This document shows, piece after piece, positions 37,433 through 45,188 of a stretch of DNA of 64,000 nt (the first letter of the stretch is position 1; every line of letters begins with the position of its first letter). The notes under the pieces were generated by a model. It saw only the letters and a program-made list of their open reading frames with translations. It had not been told where the DNA came from and did not search any database. This DNA is from a virus. A program made the position numbers and the translations under genes. The DNA lies in the IMG/VR virus record IMGVR_UViG_3300037882_001801, positions 1 through 64,000 of that record. The stretch is one strand, 5' to 3'.

Positions 37433-37454
37433 AGTCGGCACCGAAGTACCAACT
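37433..37454 (-). other. UUCG-tetraloop hairpin just after the major capsid gene
   Basis: Minus-strand sense: AGUUGGUAC-UUCG-GUGCCGACU (9 bp, two G-U). It starts 8 nt after the capsid stop and has no U-tract. Confidence 0.5.
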
Positions 37455-37461
37455 CAAACAA

Positions 37462-38511
37462 TCATATTGTAAAGTGAGCAATTCCGCACTGGTCGAGCGC
37501 ATCACGCTTGATTTGCGGAACTTGAATTGCCAAGACCTTGAAGTTGTAGACCATCGGTGTGGTTGACCACTCGATCAGACGTGGTGAGAATCCGTCGATC
37601 ATCTTAGCTGTACTTGGTGTCATTTGCATTAAGAGCACGTGGTTGTTCGGGAGGAACACGTTGGTCTTGATCCCTTTGAGCTGCGAGATCTCCATTAGGC
37701 GCTTCTCAATGGAACCACCACCGCCACCTGCTGCAGTACGGCCATCGTAGTCCTTACGCATAACGGGCGCGTAGTTGCGTGGAATGTAAAGCATATATGG
37801 GCCAAACTGTGCTTTAGATTCGAGCGCTTCGACCATCATCGACACGTCGTTGAATACTTGTGCCGCCGTTGTACTTGGAAGACGCCAATCGGCCGACAAC
37901 AGACCCGTGGAACGATACGGGTAGCGGGTCATACCATACAGCGTACCAGCCCCGGCGCCTGCCGAAAACTGACCATACAAAAACAGCTGTTCGATCATGT
38001 CGACAACTTTTTCGGTCGCCAATTCAGCGTGGGAAACGTCGAGACCTTGGCCATTCTTTCGTGACGCAATCAGTGTGCGAATATTCAAAGAAAAGCCTTT
38101 GTGGATCAGCGGGACAGGCATGCTGTCCTGTGCGAATTCCATACGGTCTTTGATATCCGCCGATTCGCCAGTCATGTCGATCTGAGCGCCTTCAAGGTCG
38201 CCCGAGCGGTCCCATACGATCTGAGAATGGCCCAAAGGTGAATTAAGCTTGCGACGCATCCCTGCCGAAACCATATCCGACACGAGCGAATAACGACCCC
38301 GAGCGATTGTGGTGACTGCCGTATCGTATTCGCGCCACTCGTTTTCGCGCAAGACGGACATCGTCCGCAGCTTGTTCACGTCACCGCCACTATTCAGCAA
38401 GCGGTTTGTGAACAAATCAACTTCGCCTGGGGCGCCGCCCATGCCTTTAATAGAGCCATTGGGCATAAGAAACCCAACACCTGCCGAATCGTTTTGTACC
38501 GCAGCATTCAT
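37462..38511 (-). CDS. Major capsid protein
   Basis: 349 aa with a strong AGGAG RBS. It holds the canonical position after the scaffold/protease-like and decoration-like genes and is followed by a stabilising hairpin. Confidence 0.75.
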   Translation of the reverse strand: MNAAVQNDSAGVGFLMPNGSIKGMGGAPGEVDLFTNRLLNSGGDVNKLRTMSVLRENEWREYDTAVTTIARGRYSLVSDMVSAGMRRKLNSPLGHSQIVWDRSGDLEGAQIDMTGESADIKDRMEFAQDSMPVPLIHKGFSLNIRTLIASRKNGQGLDVSHAELATEKVVDMIEQLFLYGQFSAGAGAGTLYGMTRYPYRSTGLLSADWRLPSTTAAQVFNDVSMMVEALESKAQFGPYMLYIPRNYAPVMRKDYDGRTAAGGGGGSIEKRLMEISQLKGIKTNVFLPNNHVLLMQMTPSTAKMIDGFSPRLIEWSTTPMVYNFKVLAIQVPQIKRDALDQCGIAHFTI

Positions 38512-38582
38512 AACCTGTAACTCCTGTGAGTTTTTGAACGCTTAGCCCCAACAGGAGCGTTGCTTTTAGTTTCTGCAGACGA

Positions 38583-39041
38583 TTAGAGAAGCATAACGCG
38601 TATTCGAGTGAGTGTAGTCCCAGCCGAGTTGTCGACTGCTTCGGCCGCGTAGCCGATGGCGTTCGCAGCTGTACCGATTTTGACGCCACCCGAGCCATTA
38701 GATGTGAGTGGTGCACCCACAGCAATAGCAGGAGCACCTGCAGGGACGTTGCAGTTGACTTGCATACCAGTGTGCAACGCTTCACAATACACGCGATCAC
38801 CAATGACGTAGTCGGGTGTGGCATTGATAGATGAATAGCCACTACCAGTATTGAGACCGCGACCGAAGACTTCCGCTTCAATTGCAATCAGCATCAACGG
38901 TTTGGTGTCGGCGGTCGCATGTGGAACGCAGCCACCTGTTGCGGTTGGAGTAACAAGGTCTCCCGGTCGAACAGCGCCTTCTGCGGGGAATTCGAGACGG
39001 ACACCTGTGCCCATCGCAATTACAGTAGTTCTACGCGGCAT
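38583..39041 (-). CDS. Small head protein (decoration-type, possibly DUF2190-like)
   Basis: 152 aa, GGAGA RBS, Gly/Ala/Thr-rich, located between the scaffold-like gene and the capsid gene. The family assignment is weak. Confidence 0.45.
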   Translation of the reverse strand: MPRRTTVIAMGTGVRLEFPAEGAVRPGDLVTPTATGGCVPHATADTKPLMLIAIEAEVFGRGLNTGSGYSSINATPDYVIGDRVYCEALHTGMQVNCNVPAGAPAIAVGAPLTSNGSGGVKIGTAANAIGYAAEAVDNSAGTTLTRIRVMLL

Positions 39042-39100
39042 AGTCAGATCTCCGTATTAATCTGGAATAGGTGAGGTGTTTCGGTTGGAAGTAACCGAAG

Positions 39101-40924
39101 TCACTTCTTTGCTGTTTCGAAGATGTCTTCCGGTGGCGGTGCAAATTGCGACCCTGAATTCCCACCACTACCTACCGCTGCACGACCGGAGTAGTTTGTT
39201 TTGCGCGGTGGCTTACCGTTGGGCTGACGATGGCGATCCCGCACCACTTCACCGGCACGGCTGTAGTCGATGTAATCCATCGAATTTGCACTTAGCGTAG
39301 TCTGGGCAGGATCAAGACCGTCATCCTCTGGGTCTTCGTCTTCTTCTTCTGGTTCACCACTTTCCGTCGTGTTGCGGTGCGTGGCCGACTTCGTGGCTTC
39401 AGCAAGCATGCGATCAGTGGCCGCGAACTGCGTGGCCAGAGTATCGATGACGCTGTAATCCATGGCCTTGAGCGCGTCCGCCGTGAACGCTTTACCGCTC
39501 TTAGTCGAGAGAATGTAGGTGACGGCTTTGGTCTTCGCGGCTTCTGCGATCCGAAGCATATCATCGAACTGCTTGCCTAGCGGTGTGCCAGTCAATGCTT
39601 TGCTGATACCTTTGAGATCTTCAGCGGCGTCCAGATGCCGTGCGATATCGATGATGTCGTCTGAGACACCGTGGGCGTTCTTCTTCTTGAATTTTCCGCC
39701 CTTTCCCTTGCCAGAAGAATCGTCTTCGTCTTCGTCGTCTTCTTCATCAGCAAGAAGGCGGTCGATTCCATTTTTGCGTGCGAGCATTTTGTTAGCCATG
39801 GCTTTCGATTTCCCTTTGGTTTGGCTTACTTGAACAGCTTTAGTCTGTAGTACGACTTCCTGCGGTTCACCTGAGAATGTCACTTGGTCATCGTCGTCAG
39901 TCTTATACGACATTGCCCACATTGTGATATCGTCATTTGTGTAGTCGTAGGATTGTGTGACGACCTCTGTATCAGAAAATGTGAGAACGTAACCATATTT
40001 TGCTTTGAACTGTTTCCTGAGCGCGCGGTTCAGCAAATTGTACTTGTCAGTAGAGAATGTTTTCTTCCCCCACAAAGCAACTGCCAAACCGTTGGCTTCA
40101 TCCGCGACACGAAGCATTTCAGTAGGGACTTCATCATCGTCGCCGTGGCACGCGCAATCCGAAGCCAATGCGGTGACTGGCGGTGTATCTTCAGTGAGAG
40201 ACACTTTTGTATCACTCTTAGTGGTGCGGATTCTTTTGTTTAGAGCCACGACCGTATCCTTATCAAGAGTAACTGAGCCGGTAGCTGCTATCCGCAAGCT
40301 ACCCGCAACGCCATCGTTTGCATTTCGGTAAGTGCCGCAACCGTCAGCAATGGAACAGGCGCCGATCTGGCCACCGTCCAGAAAAGCCAAATGGTCAGGG
40401 ATGACAACATCCCACACACCATTGTACTTTTTGCCTTCGTATGTGCCTTTCAGGTCACGCGAAAAAACAACCGCGCCTATAGAGACCTCCACGGTCTCGC
40501 CTGAATTGAGCATGCCCCACATTGTAACAATGTCGTCGTTTTTCGACGATTCTATGGCGTCAATGTCCATCCAAGCTTCGACCACGAGTTTTTTGTCGTC
40601 GACAATGGCTGCATGATAGAGCCGCCCAAGATAGACATCCTCAAGGATGCCAGGGTCAGACGCTAGAACTGCGTTACCATTCTTGTCTACCGGGTGGTTT
40701 AGGACAACAGGACGGCCATTCCACGTGTCAACAACGCGTCCGAATGCGGCAGCCAGGACCAGTTCAGGGTGATCGGAACCGCCTGCGTGACGAACACCTT
40801 CGACCAACGCGACGACAGAGATAACAAGATAGTCGTGCCCACGAAGAGTCTGGATCGTTGCCGATCCAGTCTTTTTCCGCAGTCCCCGCAAGTCATAGCG
40901 CGCCTTCGCCATAGAAATTCCCAT
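39101..40924 (-). CDS. Prohead protease / scaffolding-type protein (DUF2213-like N-terminal domain plus charged C-terminal half)
   Basis: The N-terminus (LVISVVALVEGVRHAGGSDHPELV...WNGRPVVLNHP) resembles DUF2213. The central segment is EEDDEDEDDSSGKGKGGKFKKK. ATG 40924 or 40912 is preferred; the track start 40948 is TTG. Confidence 0.55.
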   Translation of the reverse strand: MGISMAKARYDLRGLRKKTGSATIQTLRGHDYLVISVVALVEGVRHAGGSDHPELVLAAAFGRVVDTWNGRPVVLNHPVDKNGNAVLASDPGILEDVYLGRLYHAAIVDDKKLVVEAWMDIDAIESSKNDDIVTMWGMLNSGETVEVSIGAVVFSRDLKGTYEGKKYNGVWDVVIPDHLAFLDGGQIGACSIADGCGTYRNANDGVAGSLRIAATGSVTLDKDTVVALNKRIRTTKSDTKVSLTEDTPPVTALASDCACHGDDDEVPTEMLRVADEANGLAVALWGKKTFSTDKYNLLNRALRKQFKAKYGYVLTFSDTEVVTQSYDYTNDDITMWAMSYKTDDDDQVTFSGEPQEVVLQTKAVQVSQTKGKSKAMANKMLARKNGIDRLLADEEDDEDEDDSSGKGKGGKFKKKNAHGVSDDIIDIARHLDAAEDLKGISKALTGTPLGKQFDDMLRIAEAAKTKAVTYILSTKSGKAFTADALKAMDYSVIDTLATQFAATDRMLAEATKSATHRNTTESGEPEEEDEDPEDDGLDPAQTTLSANSMDYIDYSRAGEVVRDRHRQPNGKPPRKTNYSGRAAVGSGGNSGSQFAPPPEDIFETAKK

Positions 40925-40928
40925 AGGT

Positions 40929-42692
40929 TTAGGGCTTGTGATCGTCAATAGGGGCTTCGCCTAACAGTTCCCCACGCGCAAATACGATGTTTCTACCTTG
41001 TTCTGGATTGATCAAGAATCTCTCCTTCATTTGGAAATCTTCTGTAGTAGTCTGAGTAGTTGGTTTAGGAGGAATATTATTGCCAGCACCAGTAGGCTTA
41101 CCAAAAGGAGGCTTCCCACCAACACCGCCAGCGGAGTTATTGCTATCACCTTTATCAGCTGCAGGAGTTTTTGTTTTATTGGGTGGGGCATCACCTTTAG
41201 CCGCAATTAGTTTATTGGGGGCAGTTTCGTCTTTATACTCAGTTTCTTTTTCGTCAGCATTAATAGCTTTTGTGCGCGAGATTTGCAGCGGATAGTCCAC
41301 ACCCTCAATAGGCTTTTTATATTCAGCTATGCCTCGCGCGATGTTGGTAAACGCACGCGCTTGCTGTGCTGCGGTCTGACCGCGCTCCAGTGGTGACATC
41401 TGGAAGGCTTCCGGCCATTCGAGCCAGAAACGACCTTGAGGCAATAATTTGAGTGCCTGCAAACGTGTAACAAATGGGCGTAAGATCTTTGGCTCAGCGT
41501 ACAAGACGCGACGCTCATTGATCCTAACTGCCCAGTTTGCCCTATCCTGCTCGGAGGCCAACTTTCCCTGCTCTGAGCCAATAAAGATACGCTGTGGAAT
41601 GCCAGTCGCAATCGAAATCATCGACATCACGACATTGAACACCGGATCAGGGTTGGCAACATCGCTACCCAGGTTGTTGACTTTGGCCCCTCGTGTTCGA
41701 ATAACACGACGTACATCATTCATAAAGTCGTCAACCTCGACACGCATTTTGGCCAGATCGCCTTCTTCCACTTGCATTTCTTTGTCGATGTCGATGTGTA
41801 GACCTTGACGACCGCTGAGCCAGAACATTTCAGCTGCTCCACCGACAACTTTTTCAGCGTCGTCCAGACGGTTGTAGACGCGCTCTACAATGGGGTAGCC
41901 GTTGATTTCGTTATCAAACAAACAATCTGCTACGTGAATGACACGCGTGCGATGGACTTCTAACTCATGACCAGGATTGTTCACGCCGTCTATAACTTCA
42001 GCAGGACCACCTTCAGATTTGTAGCTGCCTTTAGACCCTCGAACCTTAATTTTGTAAGTCTTTGGCATCCCGTATTCCGGGACACTAGGGTTGTCTTCAT
42101 AGTCAACGATGGATACATCGCCAAAACCGAACGCTTGCAGATAGACAAGCTTCTTCACGCGGTTCGCGTCCACAGGAAAAGCCATCTGAGCTTCAGTACG
42201 CACATCGTCAAAGCCAAGGACTAATAGAGAAAATTTACCGATCCCTGCCAAACGATCTACGCGGTTGATGTAGTGGTAGAAGTTGATGTCTTCATCGAGC
42301 TTCCAAATCGCGTCATCCAATTCGCTAAAAAGCGCACCTGCATACGCATCTGTGCCGCTATCTTGCGCGTCAGTATTTGGCCTGCGACGCCGTGACATGT
42401 CTTTCATGTAACGCGGCGGTCTAGTCCATAGCGCATCTGGGTATGCGTTCACCACACGCGAGACGATGTCCAGGCGTTGATATCGTTGCAATGCAGATGC
42501 GTAGTCGACTTCGGCTGTGTAGCCGAATGATGCGTAGAGATCGCGTCGACCTCCATGGGTCTCGCCAAGCTTTGCCGCTAGAAGCGCTCGCGGGCTGACC
42601 GTTGAAGCTAGCGTGAGGTAGCCACGCTTTAACTTTTCAAAGTCTTCGCGTGAGACAACTTTATCGCTCGAAGGTGCCGATTGTGCTGACAT
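40929..42692 (-). CDS. Portal protein
   Basis: About 587 aa, immediately after terL with a TAATG overlap (ATG at 42692; the track start 42698 is TTG). The Pro/Gly/Lys-rich C-terminal tail and the position are canonical. Confidence 0.75.
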   Translation of the reverse strand: MSAQSAPSSDKVVSREDFEKLKRGYLTLASTVSPRALLAAKLGETHGGRRDLYASFGYTAEVDYASALQRYQRLDIVSRVVNAYPDALWTRPPRYMKDMSRRRRPNTDAQDSGTDAYAGALFSELDDAIWKLDEDINFYHYINRVDRLAGIGKFSLLVLGFDDVRTEAQMAFPVDANRVKKLVYLQAFGFGDVSIVDYEDNPSVPEYGMPKTYKIKVRGSKGSYKSEGGPAEVIDGVNNPGHELEVHRTRVIHVADCLFDNEINGYPIVERVYNRLDDAEKVVGGAAEMFWLSGRQGLHIDIDKEMQVEEGDLAKMRVEVDDFMNDVRRVIRTRGAKVNNLGSDVANPDPVFNVVMSMISIATGIPQRIFIGSEQGKLASEQDRANWAVRINERRVLYAEPKILRPFVTRLQALKLLPQGRFWLEWPEAFQMSPLERGQTAAQQARAFTNIARGIAEYKKPIEGVDYPLQISRTKAINADEKETEYKDETAPNKLIAAKGDAPPNKTKTPAADKGDSNNSAGGVGGKPPFGKPTGAGNNIPPKPTTQTTTEDFQMKERFLINPEQGRNIVFARGELLGEAPIDDHKP

Positions 42693-44338
42693 TACCAAGT
42701 CAATCCTTTGAAGATCTTACCGCCGCCACCAGTCTTCCCACGCTCATAACCAGCTTGCAAATCTGGGTTGATTCTTTGCTGGACAATTTTGCCTGCTAGA
42801 ATCAACTGCTGGTGCTCATAGTTAGTTTGACCCCAAGCAATATCGATTGGCTCGTCAGAGAACAAGTGGTTGTAGCCCATTGATGCTGTGTCTACTTGGT
42901 CATCATGCCCGCCGCTTGAAGGTGGGAAGGCACTAAATTCATCACGGAAAGTTGTTACCCACTCTGGTTCATTTATAGGTTGACCATTTGGACCTACTAG
43001 AGAGCTTTCTGGTACACCACTGTTGTCTACACAAAAGACGTTGCCACCTTCTGCCGATGCAATGAAAGGTATGGCTTTAACAGTTTTGTTTTTATTCCCA
43101 GCTGGAACACTAATCACAGTAAATTCTGGTAAGACGTTCTTTTTATAGTGCTCGAAAAGTTGCAAGCTTTGTGATCCGGGTTCGGTTTCTAGTAAGACTG
43201 TAGTCTCTGTGCCGTCCGCCACGGCAGCTCTACGAATCTCAGTTTCGATCTTGTTAGGTGACAGCTGCTTACGAATGATGTTCCAGACATAGGCTTGGCG
43301 CAGACGCCCCTTGCGTGACATCTTTGTCCCGACCAACCAGTCACCGCCACCTTGTGTCGCGGCGAAGTCCCACGCGCGAACGAAACGATGACCTTCAGGA
43401 GCTACCTGTTTAATAACCTGAAGCCAGCGACCATCGGTAAATGTCGTCTGGTTGTCTATCGGCGTCTGCTGGAACAAGGCTTCGAAAATCGTACCACTTA
43501 GCTTCATGGCACGTTGCAGCTCAGCAAGTCGACGGATCGGATAACGCTCGGGGAAAAGCACATCCCCATAGGAGCGACCTAATATGTCACGCGCCTGAAA
43601 ATCCGGGAGACCGTCCTTCATTGGGCGATAGATGCCAGGGAAGCAAATGTTCTCCCAGATGTTGGCAGGCTGTTCAGTGATCGGGTCGACTTGCAGGCTG
43701 GTCAAGATCCGGCCGATCAAGTCATCGGACCACCAACGCGTCGCCACGATGATGACCGACGCACCCGGCTCCAAACGCGTGTAGATGTTGGCAATGAAAT
43801 TGTTCCACATCTTATCGCGTTCGTTCTTCGACATCGCCTGTTCGATGCCTTTGATGTAGTCGTCGATGATGACAAGATGCGCGCCTTTACCCGTCACACC
43901 ACCGTTGATCCCGCCGAACCAGCAGATGTTGCCACGAGTAGTCTCAAAGCGATCAACACGAGAACGATCTTCACGAACGTTATACGAGAATAAATCTTGA
44001 CGCTTCTTAATAATGTCTTTGGCTTTCATACCCCATTCTTCAGCAAAATCTCCATTGTAGGCTACGAACAAAATGTTCATTCCAGGAAACTTTTCCAAGA
44101 ACCAAGGAATTGTAGATTCAGAAACCAAACGCGACTTGCCGTGTCGAGGCGGCATACTAACAACCAAACGACCATCACCACGCATAATGTGGTGTACAAT
44201 GCGCGAAGACGCATTCATTAAATGTTTTTGAGGTATCCAGCGTTCACGACCTTCGGGCCATAGCGCCATTGCAAGAGTCGCAGGTGTCAAGAAAGGGTCT
44301 AAAAGACCGTTGCTCATAGCGATCATTTTTAAGTTCAC
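42692..44338 (-). CDS. terL: Terminase large subunit
   Basis: Walker A-like is MPPRHGKSRL and Walker B is HLVIIDDY. The C-terminal nuclease-like region contains VIIVATRWW and HDDQVD. The start is GTG 44338 or ATG 44326. Confidence 0.85.
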   Translation of the reverse strand: MNLKMIAMSNGLLDPFLTPATLAMALWPEGRERWIPQKHLMNASSRIVHHIMRGDGRLVVSMPPRHGKSRLVSESTIPWFLEKFPGMNILFVAYNGDFAEEWGMKAKDIIKKRQDLFSYNVREDRSRVDRFETTRGNICWFGGINGGVTGKGAHLVIIDDYIKGIEQAMSKNERDKMWNNFIANIYTRLEPGASVIIVATRWWSDDLIGRILTSLQVDPITEQPANIWENICFPGIYRPMKDGLPDFQARDILGRSYGDVLFPERYPIRRLAELQRAMKLSGTIFEALFQQTPIDNQTTFTDGRWLQVIKQVAPEGHRFVRAWDFAATQGGGDWLVGTKMSRKGRLRQAYVWNIIRKQLSPNKIETEIRRAAVADGTETTVLLETEPGSQSLQLFEHYKKNVLPEFTVISVPAGNKNKTVKAIPFIASAEGGNVFCVDNSGVPESSLVGPNGQPINEPEWVTTFRDEFSAFPPSSGGHDDQVDTASMGYNHLFSDEPIDIAWGQTNYEHQQLILAGKIVQQRINPDLQAGYERGKTGGGGKIFKGLTW

Positions 44339-44353
44339 CCAAGCAACTAACTG

Positions 44354-44381
44354 TTGATTTGCGAACCTAATACATTATATA
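44354..44381 (+). promoter_or_regulatory. Sigma70-like promoter candidate pointing away from terL
   Basis: TTGATT (44354-44359), 16-nt spacer, TATATA (44376-44381). The same AT-rich block reads TATAAT on the minus strand (44379-44374), so it may also be the -10 element for terL. Confidence 0.4.
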
Positions 44382-44457
44382 GTCCATATAGAAAGAGGTT
44401 GTTCCCGGAGAGACTACCTCGTTCTCGATTGGTTCCGCACTGCTGACAATCTAAAGG

Positions 44458-44490
44458 CCCACCGGCTGGTTCCCGGTGGGTCTCTTTCTA
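44458..44490 (+). terminator. Terminator-like hairpin about 100 nt downstream of the 44354 promoter candidate
   Basis: CCCACCGG (44458-44465), loop CTGGTTC, CCGGTGGG (44473-44480), then TCTCTTTCTA. Confidence 0.45.
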
Positions 44491-44740
44491 TGCGCACGCG
44501 CTTGACCGCCAGACCACCACGGGCTAACCCTTCCACACCTACCTATGCCTGACGGCTCCAAGCGACAAAGTCGCCTACCCACAGGTACGCATAGCCTGCC
44601 CGCCGTTGACGGGAATCCTGGTCAACCTCCGCCCTGTGGGCTATTTGAGCAAAAAGCTCATCTCTCACAGCGAATAGGTATATCTATACCTACCTACCTG
44701 AACTCACCATCGACAAAGCCAACGATTTTTTTGTTCTGGG

Positions 44741-44770
44741 GTTGCAAGGGGTGCAAACAGTTGCAAGGGG
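44741..44770. repeat. Direct repeat GTTGCAAGGGG x2 with three helically phased TGCAA cores
   Basis: GTTGCAAGGGG occurs at 44741-44751 and 44760-44770. TGCAA occurs at 44743, 44752 and 44762 (spacing 9 and 10 bp). Confidence 0.8.
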
Positions 44771-44894
44771 TTAATAACGGTCTCTTAATGTGCCACGAGA
44801 CACGGATCAGTTTGAGCTTGCGCCTTTATGCGTCCTATGATCCTTAGCCGAGCGGCGTGGTTCGGACACGCGTCGCGCGTGCGGGGGCTGGGGC

Positions 44895-44935
44895 GGGGAG
44901 ATGTGAGTTCGCGTATCAGAATGACGCATCTCCCC
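44895..44935. other. 9-bp perfect inverted repeat with T-rich tail
   Basis: GGGGAGATG (44895-44903) and CATCTCCCC (44927-44935) are separated by 23 nt and followed by GGCTTTTC. Confidence 0.5.
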
Positions 44936-45188
44936 GGCTTTTCAAGCTCGAAGATTCTCTACAAAATGCGGTTGACGAGAGGCGTGCTCCACAGCATGTT
45001 GTGCCTCTGGCCGTAGCGTTGAGCTTCCACGCCAGTGCGAGCGAACCACTCGCAGAATCAAACAGTCAGCAACATGAACCAGCAGCGTGACCAGACGTTG
45101 CCGGGGGCTAGTATATAGTGGCGGCATATCTCCACATCTATCCACTCGGCATGTCCGTGAGCGCGCTTTTTGCGTCACGAGAACACAC

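Noticed and set aside
44537-44696. 9-mer ACCTACCTA repeated 151 bp apart, plus (TACC)3
   Set aside because: About one repeated 9-mer is expected by chance within an 850-bp region, so this is not significant alone.
45098-45150. NrdR-box-like sequence (GGCTAGTATATAGTGG) and a second partial site upstream of nrdJ
   Set aside because: Only the right half matches the palindromic NrdR consensus (acaCwAtATaTwGtgt) as I remember it. The left half and the putative second box do not match. It could equally be a -10 region.
45087-45188. N-terminal 34-codon extension of nrdJ from GTG 45087
   Set aside because: The extension (MTRRCRGLVYSGGISPHLST...) looks non-coding. ATG 45189 gives MQFARHFTK, which resembles the usual NrdJ N-terminus.
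44380-45188. Cobalamin riboswitch upstream of the B12-dependent RNR
   Set aside because: I could not find a B12 box or the conserved GGTG/GCCACTG-type core elements. Only generic hairpins are present. An Infernal scan would settle it.
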